Below, piece by piece: positions 1 through 11,076 of a stretch of DNA of 64,000 nt (position 1 is the first letter of the stretch; the number at the start of each line of letters is the position of its first letter). Made by a program: the position numbers and the translations under genes. The stretch comes from Longimicrobiales bacterium (GTDB lineage: Bacteria; Gemmatimonadota; Gemmatimonadetes; Longimicrobiales; Gaopeijiaceae). Location of the stretch: NCBI GenBank assembly GCA_965218295.1, contig CBDCKN010000013.1:288001-352000 (forward strand), read 5' to 3'. The notes beneath the pieces are model-generated. The model was given only the letters and a program-made list of their open reading frames with translations, made no database searches and was not told the origin of the DNA.

Positions 1-236
1 CCGTCGAGTTGGATCGGCTCAGTCAACCGGACCGCCCGGACCGTGGCGTTGCCTCGATCGTCGCGGCTGATGACTTCGGGCGCCGTGGGCGGGGGGGGGC
101 CATCGACCCGGACTCCGTCGGGCGCCGTGGAACCCGGCGACTGCGCAGCCAGCACTTGGGCGCGCGTGGGTATCGCGACTGCCGTGAACAGGGCCACGAC
201 GGTGATCAAGCCCACTTGGGATCTGCGGCGACTCAT
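1..236 (-). CDS. 5' part of an exported protein, probably DUF5916/carbohydrate-binding family 9-like; runs off the window edge
   Basis: Not in the ORF track (no stop in window). Manual translation from ATG at 236: MSRRRSQVGLITVVALFTAVAIPTRAQVLAAQSPGSTAPDGVRVDGPPPPTAPEVISRDDRGNATVRAVRLTEPIQLDG. Signal-peptide-like start plus the 'DGPPPP..PEVISRD..G.ATVRAVRL..PI.LDG' pattern I associate with DUF5916 proteins. Confidence 0.55.
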   Translation of the reverse strand, partial: MSRRRSQVGLITVVALFTAVAIPTRAQVLAAQSPGSTAPDGVRVDGPPPPTAPEVISRDDRGNATVRAVRLTEPIQLD

Positions 237-238
237 CG

Positions 239-490
239 CTATTCCCTGCTGGAGATCCGATGGCCCACGGCCACGAACACGAGGGGCCCCGAACGACCCC
301 GCTTCTCCGCAACCGACTCGATGGTCGACACCCGCCTCACCGATTCCCCGATATGCAGCGATCCGGTGAAGTGGAGCCGACCCCCGGCCCACATCCGTTG
401 CGGAAGCGTGACCGGAGGCAGAAAGACACCCTGCTTCTCGTGCCCGTCCGGTCCCAGGTGCGAGCGTAGGGCGTGGGGCGTGAAGTAGAT
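239..490 (-). pseudogene. Internal fragment of a hot-dog-fold acyl-CoA hydratase (mesaconyl-C4-CoA hydratase/HTD2-like)
   Basis: YF...LGPDGH..GVFLPPV.LPQRMWAGGRLHF...L.IGE...R.STI..V..K.GRSG.LVFV.V.H.I motif. The family N-terminus and C-terminal half are missing. Confidence 0.7.
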
Positions 491-554
491 CCGCGCGCCT
501 GGCGACACCCTGAACGTCCATAGGTAGTGCCACCCATCAGCAGGAGAGTCTGAG

Positions 555-665
555 ATGCGGGACAACAGGGGTTTCACCCTCATTGAGCTCCTCATCGTGG
601 TCGCGCATCATCCCAAGGACCAATCGTGGGCTTCGAGCAGTGCGGATTCCACTGGGGAGCGATGA
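555..665 (+). pseudogene. Type IV pilin N-terminal (prepilin cleavage/methylation) remnant
   Basis: AGGAG RBS at 542-546, then MRDNRG|FTLIELLIVVA, a class III signal peptide with E at +5. Similarity is lost immediately afterwards and a stop follows at 663-665. Confidence 0.7.
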
Positions 666-966
666 GCTCGGCAGGCGGCTCGAACTTGGGCGGATCGGTG
701 ACCAACCGTCGAATGCGCGCCTCCAACTCTGCGAACGCGTCCGTTGCGTCCTCACCCTTCGTAAGCGCCACCTCGTAGATGCCGAAGTGGGCGACGTGAG
801 CGGCGTAGAACGATCGCGCCGCCCTCGTGTGGGTGTCGTAGAACGCAAAGTTGTAGCTCGCCGGGAGGTAGAACTGGCTGTTACGGGGGGTCACACCCGT
901 ACAGGATGCCGTCGTCACGGCAAGGATATAGACAGGAGTACCTGTCGACCATGTCCTAGTTCTCAC
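592..966 (-). pseudogene. Truncated hypothetical exported/lipoprotein-like protein
   Basis: Hydrophobic N-terminus ending in TASC, followed by protein-like NSQFYLPASYNFAF...HFGIYE. The 3' end runs into the pilin remnant on the other strand. Confidence 0.35.
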
Positions 967-984
967 TCGAAAAAAGGGGTGGCC

Positions 985-1231
985 GGAGCGCGACTTTTCA
1001 TGCTAGAGATCGACCGAGGGACAGAACCCCTCACGGGCAGACATGCTAGCGCGATTGAGCGAAAACTGGAGATGTATCGGAGTGCCTTTGAGTCAAAGGC
1101 TGAAGAGGACTACGCCACTCTCCTCGGTCAAGACTTCACCGGGTTCCGAATCCTGTGCGTCGTGCCCGATGAAAAGCGGTTGGCCGCATTCCTACGGCTC
1201 GCCGAGCAAATGGATTTGGCGGGCAACATAA
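985..1231 (+). pseudogene. C-terminal fragment of a replication-relaxation family protein
   Basis: LFMLEIDRGTE...IERKLEMY...FRILCVV...RL within ORF 583..1410 matches the E-x-D-R-G-T-E/K-L-x-x-Y pattern. No N-terminal part is present. Confidence 0.55.
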
Positions 1232-1232
1232 C

Positions 1233-1514
1233 TTACACGCCTTCAATCAAGATTACATTGCTGTACGGTGCCCTGGGCAGAATATCTACTGCTTGGGCGT
1301 ATGCTGGCGACTTGTACCACTGCCGAGCTTGCTCCATGCTTTCGAATTCCAGCATTACCAACGTCTTGGGTTCCCAGTCTCCCTCCAATACCTCTACCAT
1401 ACCGCCATGAACTATTGCCTTCGACTGGAAGGGTGCCAGGGACTCGCCAGCAAGTTTGACATATTCATCCCCCGGGTCGGTGTCTTCTACATCAAAGATT
1501 ATATACGCTGCCAT
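1233..1514 (-). CDS. DUF1330 family protein
   Basis: MAAYIIFDVE...GG.VEVLEGDWEP..LVMLEFESMEQARQWYKSPAYAQA...IEGV; AGGAGG RBS upstream; visibly AT-richer than the host genes. Confidence 0.85.
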   Translation of the reverse strand: MAAYIIFDVEDTDPGDEYVKLAGESLAPFQSKAIVHGGMVEVLEGDWEPKTLVMLEFESMEQARQWYKSPAYAQAVDILPRAPYSNVILIEGV

Positions 1515-1582
1515 AATCCTTTCCCTCCTTCTGTTGCTGGTCTCTCCCCTATGATATACCAATTCGATGTGATCATGCCACG

Positions 1583-2813
1583 TGTACAGAGATGGTAATG
1601 ACCTGACAGTTGGCCCTCGCCGGAGCTGTGTCTAGGCTGCCTTCGTCTTAGCCTCCTCCTTCCTGGCCTTTGCGGCCTTCCTGGCGTCGGTGAGACCGGC
1701 CTTGAAGACCTGATAGGGCGTGCGGCCCTCCATGGCTCGACCGCGGTGCGGCCGCTTCCGGTTGTAGGTCTCCAGATACGCCTCGAGGTCCTGCTGCATC
1801 TCCTCGACGGTCTCGTACCAGGTGGTGCGGCCCTTCACCCTCAAGTGCTCGTCGAGGAGCGTGCGGTGGAAGCGCTCGATGAAGCCGTTGGACTGGGGCC
1901 TGCCCACCTTCGTCGTGCGGTGCTCGATGTCCTCGAGCTGAAGGAACAGCTCATATGGGTGACGGTCCGGACGGCCGCAGAACTCGCGGCCGTTGTCGCT
2001 GAGCACGGTCTTCACCCGGACCCGGTGCTCATCGAAGAACGGCAACACGTCGTTATTCATCACCTGCACCGCCGTGAGCGGGAGCTTGCTCGTGTAGAGC
2101 CGGCCCCAGGCGTAGCGGCTGAAGCAATCGAGCACGGTCTGCAGGTACACCTTGCCGACCCCCTTCAGCGTTCCGACGAAGAACGTGTCCACGGCGACGA
2201 GGTCGCCCGGGTAATGGACTTCGATGTGGCGCTCCCGGAACTCGGGACTGAAGCGCTCCAGCAGCTCGATCTGCTCGTCGGTCAGCTTCAGCTTCCGTTC
2301 CCTGGCCGTCTCTTCGAGCCTGAGCAGCCGTTCGTGCTTCGTGGTGAGGCCATGCCGGCTCCACACGCCCCGTACGCCTCCTGAGCTCACCTGGATCCCT
2401 CCGAGCAGCAACTCGTCCGCGACCCGCTGAGCTCCGTGCGTCGGAGCCTCCAAGGCGTGGGCCAAGACCGCCTGCTCAATCTCTTCACTCACCCGGTTCG
2501 GGTGCGGTCCCTTCGGCCCCGGAAGCTGGTCGATCAGCCCCTCGGCCCCGTAAAGCTGGAAGTTCCTCCTGATCTCGTAGAACTGCTGCCGGCTGTAGCC
2601 CACGATCTTGCACGCCTTGCTCACGTTGCCGAGCTCCTGGGCCAACTGTAGCAGGCTCAGCTTGCGGCGCGCTATCTTCTCCCCCTGGACGGTGGTCATC
2701 TTCTCTCCCGTGCTAAGTGAGTGACTTCGACATCTCTCAATTAGCTCCGGCGAGGGCGGCTGGCCACCGTCCTCTCTCGTGGTCAACTGTCAGGTGAATA
2801 CCGTCTCAGCACA
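1583..2813 (-). mobile_element. Complete IS481-family insertion sequence, 1231 bp
   Basis: TGT...ACA termini. Imperfect IRs tgtacagagatggtaatgacctgacagttggcc (1583-1615) and ggtcaactgtcaggtgaataccgtctcagcaca (2781-2813). Flanking direct repeat TGCCACG at 1576-1582 and 2814-2820. Confidence 0.93.
1632..2699 (-). CDS. IS481 family transposase (HTH + rve DDE integrase core)
   Basis: LAQELGNVSKACKIVGYSRQQFY HTH; VAVDTFFVG, SDNGREFCG and PQSNGFIERFHRTLLDE DDE motifs; GGGAGAG upstream of ATG at 2699. Confidence 0.95.
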   Translation of the reverse strand: MTTVQGEKIARRKLSLLQLAQELGNVSKACKIVGYSRQQFYEIRRNFQLYGAEGLIDQLPGPKGPHPNRVSEEIEQAVLAHALEAPTHGAQRVADELLLGGIQVSSGGVRGVWSRHGLTTKHERLLRLEETARERKLKLTDEQIELLERFSPEFRERHIEVHYPGDLVAVDTFFVGTLKGVGKVYLQTVLDCFSRYAWGRLYTSKLPLTAVQVMNNDVLPFFDEHRVRVKTVLSDNGREFCGRPDRHPYELFLQLEDIEHRTTKVGRPQSNGFIERFHRTLLDEHLRVKGRTTWYETVEEMQQDLEAYLETYNRKRPHRGRAMEGRTPYQVFKAGLTDARKAAKARKEEAKTKAA

Positions 2814-2945
2814 TGCCACGAATAGCTGGGAGTGGGGGAGCCGGTTGAGGGTGTTCATGATCCACGACCAGCCCACCAGTTGGCTTATCCGCTCTGGGTC
2901 GGCATCCCACTGACGTAGTTCGGCCTCGAGGGCCGCCAACGAATA
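2814..2945 (-). pseudogene. C-terminal remnant of a probable IS630-like transposase; its stop codon and outer end lie at 1555-1582
   Basis: ...LEAELRQWDADPERISQLVGWSWI... Removing IS481 and one TSD copy restores ...FVA-TGA followed by ...ATCGAATTGGTATA, a TA-ending terminus. Confidence 0.5.
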
Positions 2946-3098
2946 GGCAAGACAAAGGCCCTTTCGGAGTCCGGCACCCAGCTTGAGCGAGCCGAGACCC
3001 TCCCCTTGCGAGGCACGACCCCAGGGCAACGCGCGCGCTCGCCGTCCGGCCATGCAAGGACGAGACGATCGGATGCGTGGATGGGCAACAGCAACCGA

Positions 3099-3135
3099 AC
3101 GGACCCGCCCCCCGAGTCGGGGACGGCGGGTCCGT
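3099..3135. other. GC-rich hairpin
   Basis: acggacccgcc (3099-3109) pairs with ggcgggtccgt (3125-3135); no U-tract. Confidence 0.5.
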
Positions 3136-3370
3136 GATCCGTCGGGCAGCTCTCAGTCTGGCAGCGACTGATCGGACACGGGCGGACTCCGGGATCAGAC
3201 CTCGTCAACATCCATGCACGGCCATGCACGGGCTGGGAGGCGCAAGCAGAGCCCCGTCAGACGCTTGTAAACGCGTTCTGAGCGTCTTCGGACTTTATTC
3301 GGTATCCAGGTTAGGCTGGAGCGTCCTTGTGGCTTAGAGGGCCGTTATCGGCTTGCTCACCTGTGGGCAA

Positions 3371-3751
3371 CTACAGCAACGCCAGCGGGAGTCCCAGCGC
3401 GAACAGTCCCGACGCGATGATCACGCTCACGAAGCCCATTGAGCGGAAGGGTTGGCGCTCACCGTCGGCGACGCGGAGGAGGAAGCCGACGCCTCCGCTC
3501 ATGCGGAGGAGGACTCGGGAGAATGGAATAGAAAGGACGTAGAGCCAAAGCCAGATGGAAGTGAAGAACGTGGACAAGAAACCGACGATCACTGCTAGAC
3601 CAAATAGCTCATCCAGCGAGGATGTCCCAAGAGTCCCAGTCTCCTCCACCAATAGGAAGAATCCGGACAAAATGGCGCCCCAGGCGACGCTGCCGATGAC
3701 AAAAGTCGCGAGGAGATCCAGCAGGAGTGTCACTCTCGGCGGCGCGTGCAC
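3371..3751 (-). CDS. Hypothetical multi-pass membrane protein, possibly a 5'-truncated fragment
   Basis: About three hydrophobic segments including FLSTFFTSIWLWLY; start codon uncertain. Confidence 0.5.
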   Translation of the reverse strand: MHAPPRVTLLLDLLATFVIGSVAWGAILSGFFLLVEETGTLGTSSLDELFGLAVIVGFLSTFFTSIWLWLYVLSIPFSRVLLRMSGGVGFLLRVADGERQPFRSMGFVSVIIASGLFALGLPLALL

Positions 3752-3816
3752 GCAATTCGGGAAGTCTTGCCGCCACAGCCGCTCTTAGGCATTTCTGTCG
3801 CCTCCTTCGGCCCGCT

Positions 3817-3838
3817 GTCAGCCACGAGTCAGCCACGA
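3817..3838. repeat. Tandem 11-bp direct repeat GTCAGCCACGA x2, a candidate integrase arm-type site
   Basis: Exact tandem copies at 3817-3827 and 3828-3838, about 60 bp beyond the tRNA 3' end. Confidence 0.55.
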
Positions 3839-3843
3839 GCCCG

Positions 3844-3877
3844 AAAAGAGCCCCCCGAGCGAGGGTACTCGGGAGGC
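3844..3877 (-). terminator. Probable intrinsic terminator downstream of tRNA-Met
   Basis: Minus strand GCCTCCCGAG-TACCCTCG-CTCGGGGGGC followed by TCTTTT. Confidence 0.6.
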
Positions 3878-3900
3878 GAAAATCGTTGTGGCACCTCGAA

Positions 3901-3974
3901 TAGCGGAGGAGGGACTCGAACCCCCGACACGCGGATTATGATTCCGCTGCTCTAACCAGCTGAGCTACTCCGCC
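3901..3974 (-). tRNA. tRNA-Met (CAT), elongator type; CCA not encoded
   Basis: GGCGGAGTAGCTCAGCTGGTTAGAGCAGCGGAATCATAATCCGCGTGTCGGGGGTTCGAGTCCCTCCTCCGCTA folds into a full cloverleaf with anticodon CAT. Paired 1:72 argues against the initiator; Ile2 is not formally excluded. Confidence 0.95.
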
Positions 3975-3994
3975 CCCATGTTTTCGTGCCCCGA

Positions 3995-4023
3995 AAGCTC
4001 AAAGGAGACCTCAGGGGTGTCAA
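3995..4023 (-). promoter_or_regulatory. Candidate sigma70 promoter for tRNA-Met
   Basis: TTGACA-17 bp-GAGCTT on the minus strand. Confidence 0.45.
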
Positions 4024-4181
4024 GACGGATCCCGGCCCCCTTCGTGCAGCATTCGTATGTGGATCCGAAGATGCTCGGGCACGGTTCCGGCGAGCCATTT
4101 CAGGGGTGAAGGGGTATTCTTTCAGGCACGTAGTTTACGTGCGACACGACAACAGTCATTCCTGGCAAGAGGGGTCGTCTC

Positions 4182-5150
4182 ATGGACTTCGGAGCCTTTC
4201 TAATCCCCGCAGCTGTCGTAGCAGGAGTAGCCTTGCTCTCGAGTCTCCGCATCCTCTACGAGTACGAGCGGGGAGTGATCTTTCGCCTCGGGAAGCTCAC
4301 CCGGGCCAAGGGCCCCGGTCTCATCTTCCTGGTGCCCTTCGCCATCGAGCGCATGAAGAAGATAGACCTCCGCATCGTTGCGCTGGACATCGCACCCCAG
4401 GACACCATCACGAAGGACAACGTCAGTGTTAAGGTGAACGCGGTCGTGTACTTCCGGGTGGCGGACCCGGCCAAGGCCGTGGTGGAGATCGAGGACTACT
4501 ACTTCGCCACGAGCCAGCTCGCCCAGACCACGCTCCGGAGCGTTATCGGCCAGTCGGAGCTCGACGAGATCCTGGTGGAGCGTGATAAGATCAACGATGT
4601 CGTCTGCCGGATCATCGACGAGGGGACGGACCCCTGGGGCATCGAGGTCACCTCCGTCGAGGTCAAGGACATCGACCTCCCTCACGAGATGAAGCGCGCC
4701 ATGGCCAAGCAGGCCGAGGCGGAGCGGGAGCGCCGCGGCAAAGTCATCGCCGCCGCTGGCGAAGCCCAGGCTGCGGCGAAGCTCGCCGAGGCGGCAGAGA
4801 TCATCCAGCACTATCCGGTGGCCATCCAGCTCCGGTTCCTGCAGACGGCGGCCGAGATCGCGGCAGAGAACAACTCCACGATGGTCTTCCCCATCCCCAT
4901 GGACCTGTTCCAACCCCTCTTAGAGGCCGGGGCGCGTTGGAAGTCCGGTGAGCGACCCTCGCACGAGGCGTTGAGCGCAGCCAGCGAGGGGGCGCCGCTA
5001 CCGGCGGGCACCGATCAGGCCATACTCGCCGAGGCCGCAAAGGCGTTCCTGGGCATCGGGAGTGGCAACCCAGCCTCCGAGCCGGCTACGGTCCCTGCCG
5101 AGCGGGATGGATCGGACGAGGACACCGAGGGCCCCGAGGAGGACGTCTAA
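4182..5150 (+). CDS. SPFH/stomatin (slipin) family protein
   Basis: N-terminal TM segment; [42 protein letters not shown] and [16 protein letters not shown] motifs. Confidence 0.95.
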   Translation: MDFGAFLIPAAVVAGVALLSSLRILYEYERGVIFRLGKLTRAKGPGLIFLVPFAIERMKKIDLRIVALDIAPQDTITKDNVSVKVNAVVYFRVADPAKAVVEIEDYYFATSQLAQTTLRSVIGQSELDEILVERDKINDVVCRIIDEGTDPWGIEVTSVEVKDIDLPHEMKRAMAKQAEAERERRGKVIAAAGEAQAAAKLAEAAEIIQHYPVAIQLRFLQTAAEIAAENNSTMVFPIPMDLFQPLLEAGARWKSGERPSHEALSAASEGAPLPAGTDQAILAEAAKAFLGIGSGNPASEPATVPAERDGSDEDTEGPEEDV

Positions 5151-5158
5151 ATATCGCT

Positions 5159-7565
<2,407 letters not shown>

Positions 7566-7572
<7 letters not shown>

Positions 7573-8582
7573 GGGGCCTCCCTGGGCGTGAAGTGATCGA
7601 ATCCACCCGCGATCCCATCCCCGCCGAGGGATTTCCACCCGTCGATATGCACGCCCTCGCCCTCGAGCACACGGCCAACATGCGTGAGCGGCGTCTCGAA
7701 CCGCTCGCGGAATGCTTGGGCCAGAGGACTCATGGCGCCGGGCGCCGAGGCGATGCAGAGCTCGTAGTCCTCCCCTCCGGACAGAGCGAGATCGACATCG
7801 CCAACGTCCAGCTCAGGGTGGATCGGTATCAGATCGGTCTCGATCTTGATGCGCACCCCGGACGCCGCGGCCAGATGGCCCGCGTCCCCCGCAAGGCCAT
7901 CGGAGAGGTCGATCATGGCGTGCACGGCACCGTGCTCGGCGAGCCATTGGGCCTCTTGGATACGGGCGACGGGTCGCGCGAATGCCTCACGCAGCCCGCG
8001 GCTCGGCTCCGTGCCGGCATTCCATGCGCGAACGGCTCCGGAGCTGCCACCCAGGACGCCCGTCACCCAGATCTCGTCGCCGGCCACGGCTCCCCGGCGC
8101 ATGACCGGCTCGGTCGCCTCCCCGAGCACCGTGACGTCGAGGACGACCGGTCCGGGTGATGCCGTGAGGTCCCCGCCGACCAGGGCCATCCCGAGATCCC
8201 TGAGAGCGCTGCGGATGCCGTTGCCCAGCTCCGCCGACACGGCCTCAGCCTCGTCCGCCGACACGGCCAGAGAGATCAGTACGCCCACAGGTCTGGCAGC
8301 CATGGCCGCAAGGTCGCTGGCGGCCACCGTAACCGCGCGAAAGCCCACCTCCTCGAGTGAGATCCACGATCTGCGAAAGTGTACGTCCTCCACCGACAGG
8401 TCCGTGCTCACTACGAGTCGCCCTATCTGCAGCACGGCCGCGTCGTCTCCGGGACCCACGAGCACGGCGGGACCCAGGTCTTCCGACTCACCGAGTAGGG
8501 CCCGGATGAGATCGAACTCTCCTCCCGGACCCATGGGCGTGGTCCGGTCCGCTCCCGAGTCCCCGGGGGGGGGCGCCATCAT
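7566..8582 (-). CDS. thiL: Thiamine-monophosphate kinase
   Basis: EFDLI, GPGDDAAV, SDLAAM, IDLSDGL and GGEDYELC motifs. Confidence 0.96.
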
Positions 8583-10195
8583 CACCTGGCGGCGTCCTGG
8601 TCGAAGATCACGAAGGGCAGACCCAGATCGGTCTCACCGGGGCCGTCTTCCTCCCACACGGCGGGAAGCTCCTCAATGACGTCGGACGGGGTGAGGCCAG
8701 GGCCCTTGTCCGACCTGATCGCCGCCCTGCCTGTCATGTAGAGAGCGAGGGCGCCCGCTACGTCTGGCGTGGAGCCCTGGGCGAGAAGCGCCCCGGCCAC
8801 ACCCGTGAGCACGTCCCCCATCCCCCCGGCGGCCAGATCAGAGGTGCCCACCGTATCCACCCAGCACGTGCCGTCGGGGGGCACGACGATAGACGGCAGG
8901 CCCTTGAGAAGAACTGTGGCACCCGACTGGGCCGCGAAGGTCCTGGCGGCCGACATCCTGTCTTCCGCGATGGTCTCCCCCGACAGGCCCGACAGGCCCT
9001 TCATCTCGCCGAGGTGGGGCGTCACCAGCACGTCCCGTCCCTGGGCCCAACTGCCCACGCCGGGACCCTCACCGGAAGCCGCCAGATTCAACGCGTCGGC
9101 ATCCAGCACCGTCGGACGGCCGTCGGTGGCCTCGAGAACCACCTCGAGAAGCGCCGCCCCTTCGGCCCCGTCTCCCAAACCGGGACCGGCGGCCACGGCG
9201 TGTGAGGCCGCCGCCGCATTCCTCACCGCCTCCGGGTCATCGCCGGGAACGAAGACAGCCTCGGGAACCGACCCCTGAATGATCTCCCGGTTCTCTGCTG
9301 CCGAGGCGACGCGAAGGAGGCCTATGCCTGCGCGCAGGGCTGCCCTGGCCGCCATCACCGCCGCCCCCGCCATGCCGGACCGGCCTGCAACGAGAAGTAG
9401 AACACCCACCCGGTTCTTGTGTGTGTCAGGCTCCCTGCGCGGTCGCCGCTCGGACGCCCACGCAGGCGTCACCGCCGCCGCCCCAAAGGCGCTCTCGCCG
9501 GCGGGCGGGAAACCGATCTCCACGGCGATCAACCGCCCGACATTGGTCCTGGCGGGCTGTAGGAAGGTGCCAAGCTTCGGCCAGCCCAGGGCCACGGTCA
9601 CCTGCGCAGCGACGGCCTCCCCGTCGATCCGCCCCGTGTCCGCATCGATGCCGGAGGGTGCGTCCAGCGCGAAGACCGGGCGCCGGGATCGGTTGATGGC
9701 CTGGATCGCCCTGGCCTGGCGGGCCCGGGGCGCTCCCTTTATGCCGGTGCCGAGGATCCCGTCTACGATAACGGCGGCATCGCCTAGGACGGAGTCAAGC
9801 GGCCGTCCGTCGCCTACCCCGCCGCTGGGAGCACCCCCCGTCCCGTCGTGCCCGCCGTCGCTCAGGAGCGGTAGGTCCCAGCCATGGAGCAGCGGATCGT
9901 CCTCGGGGCGATCGGCGACGAGCACGGCCTTCACGGGTCGACCCCAGGAGCGCAGGGTTCGGAGAAGCACGAGACCGTCGCCTCCGTTGTTTCCCGCCCC
10001 GATGAGCGCCACGACCTCGCCTCGCGGGAAGAGGCGATCGAGGACCTGTGCGGCGGATCGCCCTGCGCACTCCATCAGGGTGACTTGGGGCACGCCCTGC
10101 TCGTCGATGGCCATGCGGTCAAACGCGGCCGCCTCCGCCCCGGTCGGAGCCCACACGCGCGGTCCTCCGAAGGGCCGGATAGGGATCCCCGTCAT
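8582..10195 (-). CDS. nnr: Bifunctional NAD(P)H-hydrate epimerase/dehydratase
   Basis: GAGNNGGDG and DGILGTG (YjeF_N); DADAL, TPHLGEM and GGMGDVLTG (dehydratase domain). Confidence 0.95.
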   Translation of the reverse strand: MTGIPIRPFGGPRVWAPTGAEAAAFDRMAIDEQGVPQVTLMECAGRSAAQVLDRLFPRGEVVALIGAGNNGGDGLVLLRTLRSWGRPVKAVLVADRPEDDPLLHGWDLPLLSDGGHDGTGGAPSGGVGDGRPLDSVLGDAAVIVDGILGTGIKGAPRARQARAIQAINRSRRPVFALDAPSGIDADTGRIDGEAVAAQVTVALGWPKLGTFLQPARTNVGRLIAVEIGFPPAGESAFGAAAVTPAWASERRPRREPDTHKNRVGVLLLVAGRSGMAGAAVMAARAALRAGIGLLRVASAAENREIIQGSVPEAVFVPGDDPEAVRNAAAASHAVAAGPGLGDGAEGAALLEVVLEATDGRPTVLDADALNLAASGEGPGVGSWAQGRDVLVTPHLGEMKGLSGLSGETIAEDRMSAARTFAAQSGATVLLKGLPSIVVPPDGTCWVDTVGTSDLAAGGMGDVLTGVAGALLAQGSTPDVAGALALYMTGRAAIRSDKGPGLTPSDVIEELPAVWEEDGPGETDLGLPFVIFDQDAAR

Positions 10196-10315
10196 GACCT
10201 TCCGCCGCACCGGGCCAACCCGCGGACAGGCCGGGTCGAGCTCGAGTTCAGCGGTGGCACGTACGACGAGAAAAGGCGGCTGGCGGGCACTGAACGCCGG
10301 TCAGGAGGAAGGGAC

Positions 10316-10513
10316 CTACTTGTAGCTCTGTCCGATGCTGCGTCCCAGCGAAATCTCCCCATTATCGATCCGGATGTTGAACCCGCAGTCAGGGTTGGAG
10401 CACACCCAGGCCTTATAACGGATAGCAGCACCGTCGCGTCCATAATCCGAAAGGGGTAACAGGATCCCCGGATCGCACTTCAGGCAAGTAGGAAACCCAG
10501 ATTCTTCCGGCAT
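10316..10513 (-). CDS. Small Cys4 zinc-ribbon-like protein (65 aa)
   Basis: CLKC...CSNPDC motif; GGGGAGG RBS upstream. Confidence 0.75.
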   Translation of the reverse strand: MPEESGFPTCLKCDPGILLPLSDYGRDGAAIRYKAWVCSNPDCGFNIRIDNGEISLGRSIGQSYK

Positions 10514-10636
10514 GTCCAAACCCCTCCCCACAACGTTATAAGTTTGGCGAGCCGCTTGCCGGCGAACCGGCAGGCGGGCAGGCGCTGTTTCTCCGTTGTC
10601 GTGCTCAACATCGAATGTGGCCCGAAGGCCGATCCT

Positions 10637-11017
10637 TCAGATCCCCGGACTCCAGGGATAATTTTGCTCGAATGCTTCCTCGAAGTCGAAAACGTCGCGG
10701 AAGTCCTCGGGGCTGTCCCCGTCCTGCCTGATCAGGACACCGCAGTCGACGAGCGCGAAGACGATGTCGCCCAGATCTTCGGTCGCGTGGATACCCCAAT
10801 GCTGCAAAACGGTCCTGGCCATGGGTCCGAAGCGATCCAAGGCGAGACGACGGACCCCGTCGGCCAGCTCCTGGCCCGAGATGTGCCGAGGCTCATCCAG
10901 CCCTTCCATCACCTGGTGGAGTGACGAAAGCAGAAAGAGGTACGCCTTCCCGTGAAAACGGGGGTGCTTTTCTTGGAGCTGATCCAAGACCTCTTCGGCA
11001 AATTGAAGCTCGATCAT
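10637..11017 (-). CDS. Minf_1886-like conserved hypothetical protein
   Basis: AYLF...RHISGQEL...FGPMARTVLQHWGI..TEDLGDIVFALV...D..EDF..VFDF signature. Confidence 0.85.
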   Translation of the reverse strand: MIELQFAEEVLDQLQEKHPRFHGKAYLFLLSSLHQVMEGLDEPRHISGQELADGVRRLALDRFGPMARTVLQHWGIHATEDLGDIVFALVDCGVLIRQDGDSPEDFRDVFDFEEAFEQNYPWSPGI

Positions 11018-11076
11018 AGGGGAAATGTTACGCGCTCGTCGTCCTGGCGCCAGGCTGGCCCGGACGATAGTGGCCG

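Noticed and set aside
583..1410. A single 275-aa gene
   Set aside because: A chimeric frame: only ~985-1231 is protein-like, and the rest is antisense to neighbouring genes.
10192..10290. 32-codon ORF overlapping the nnr start as a leader peptide
   Set aside because: No clear RBS and no recognisable motif.
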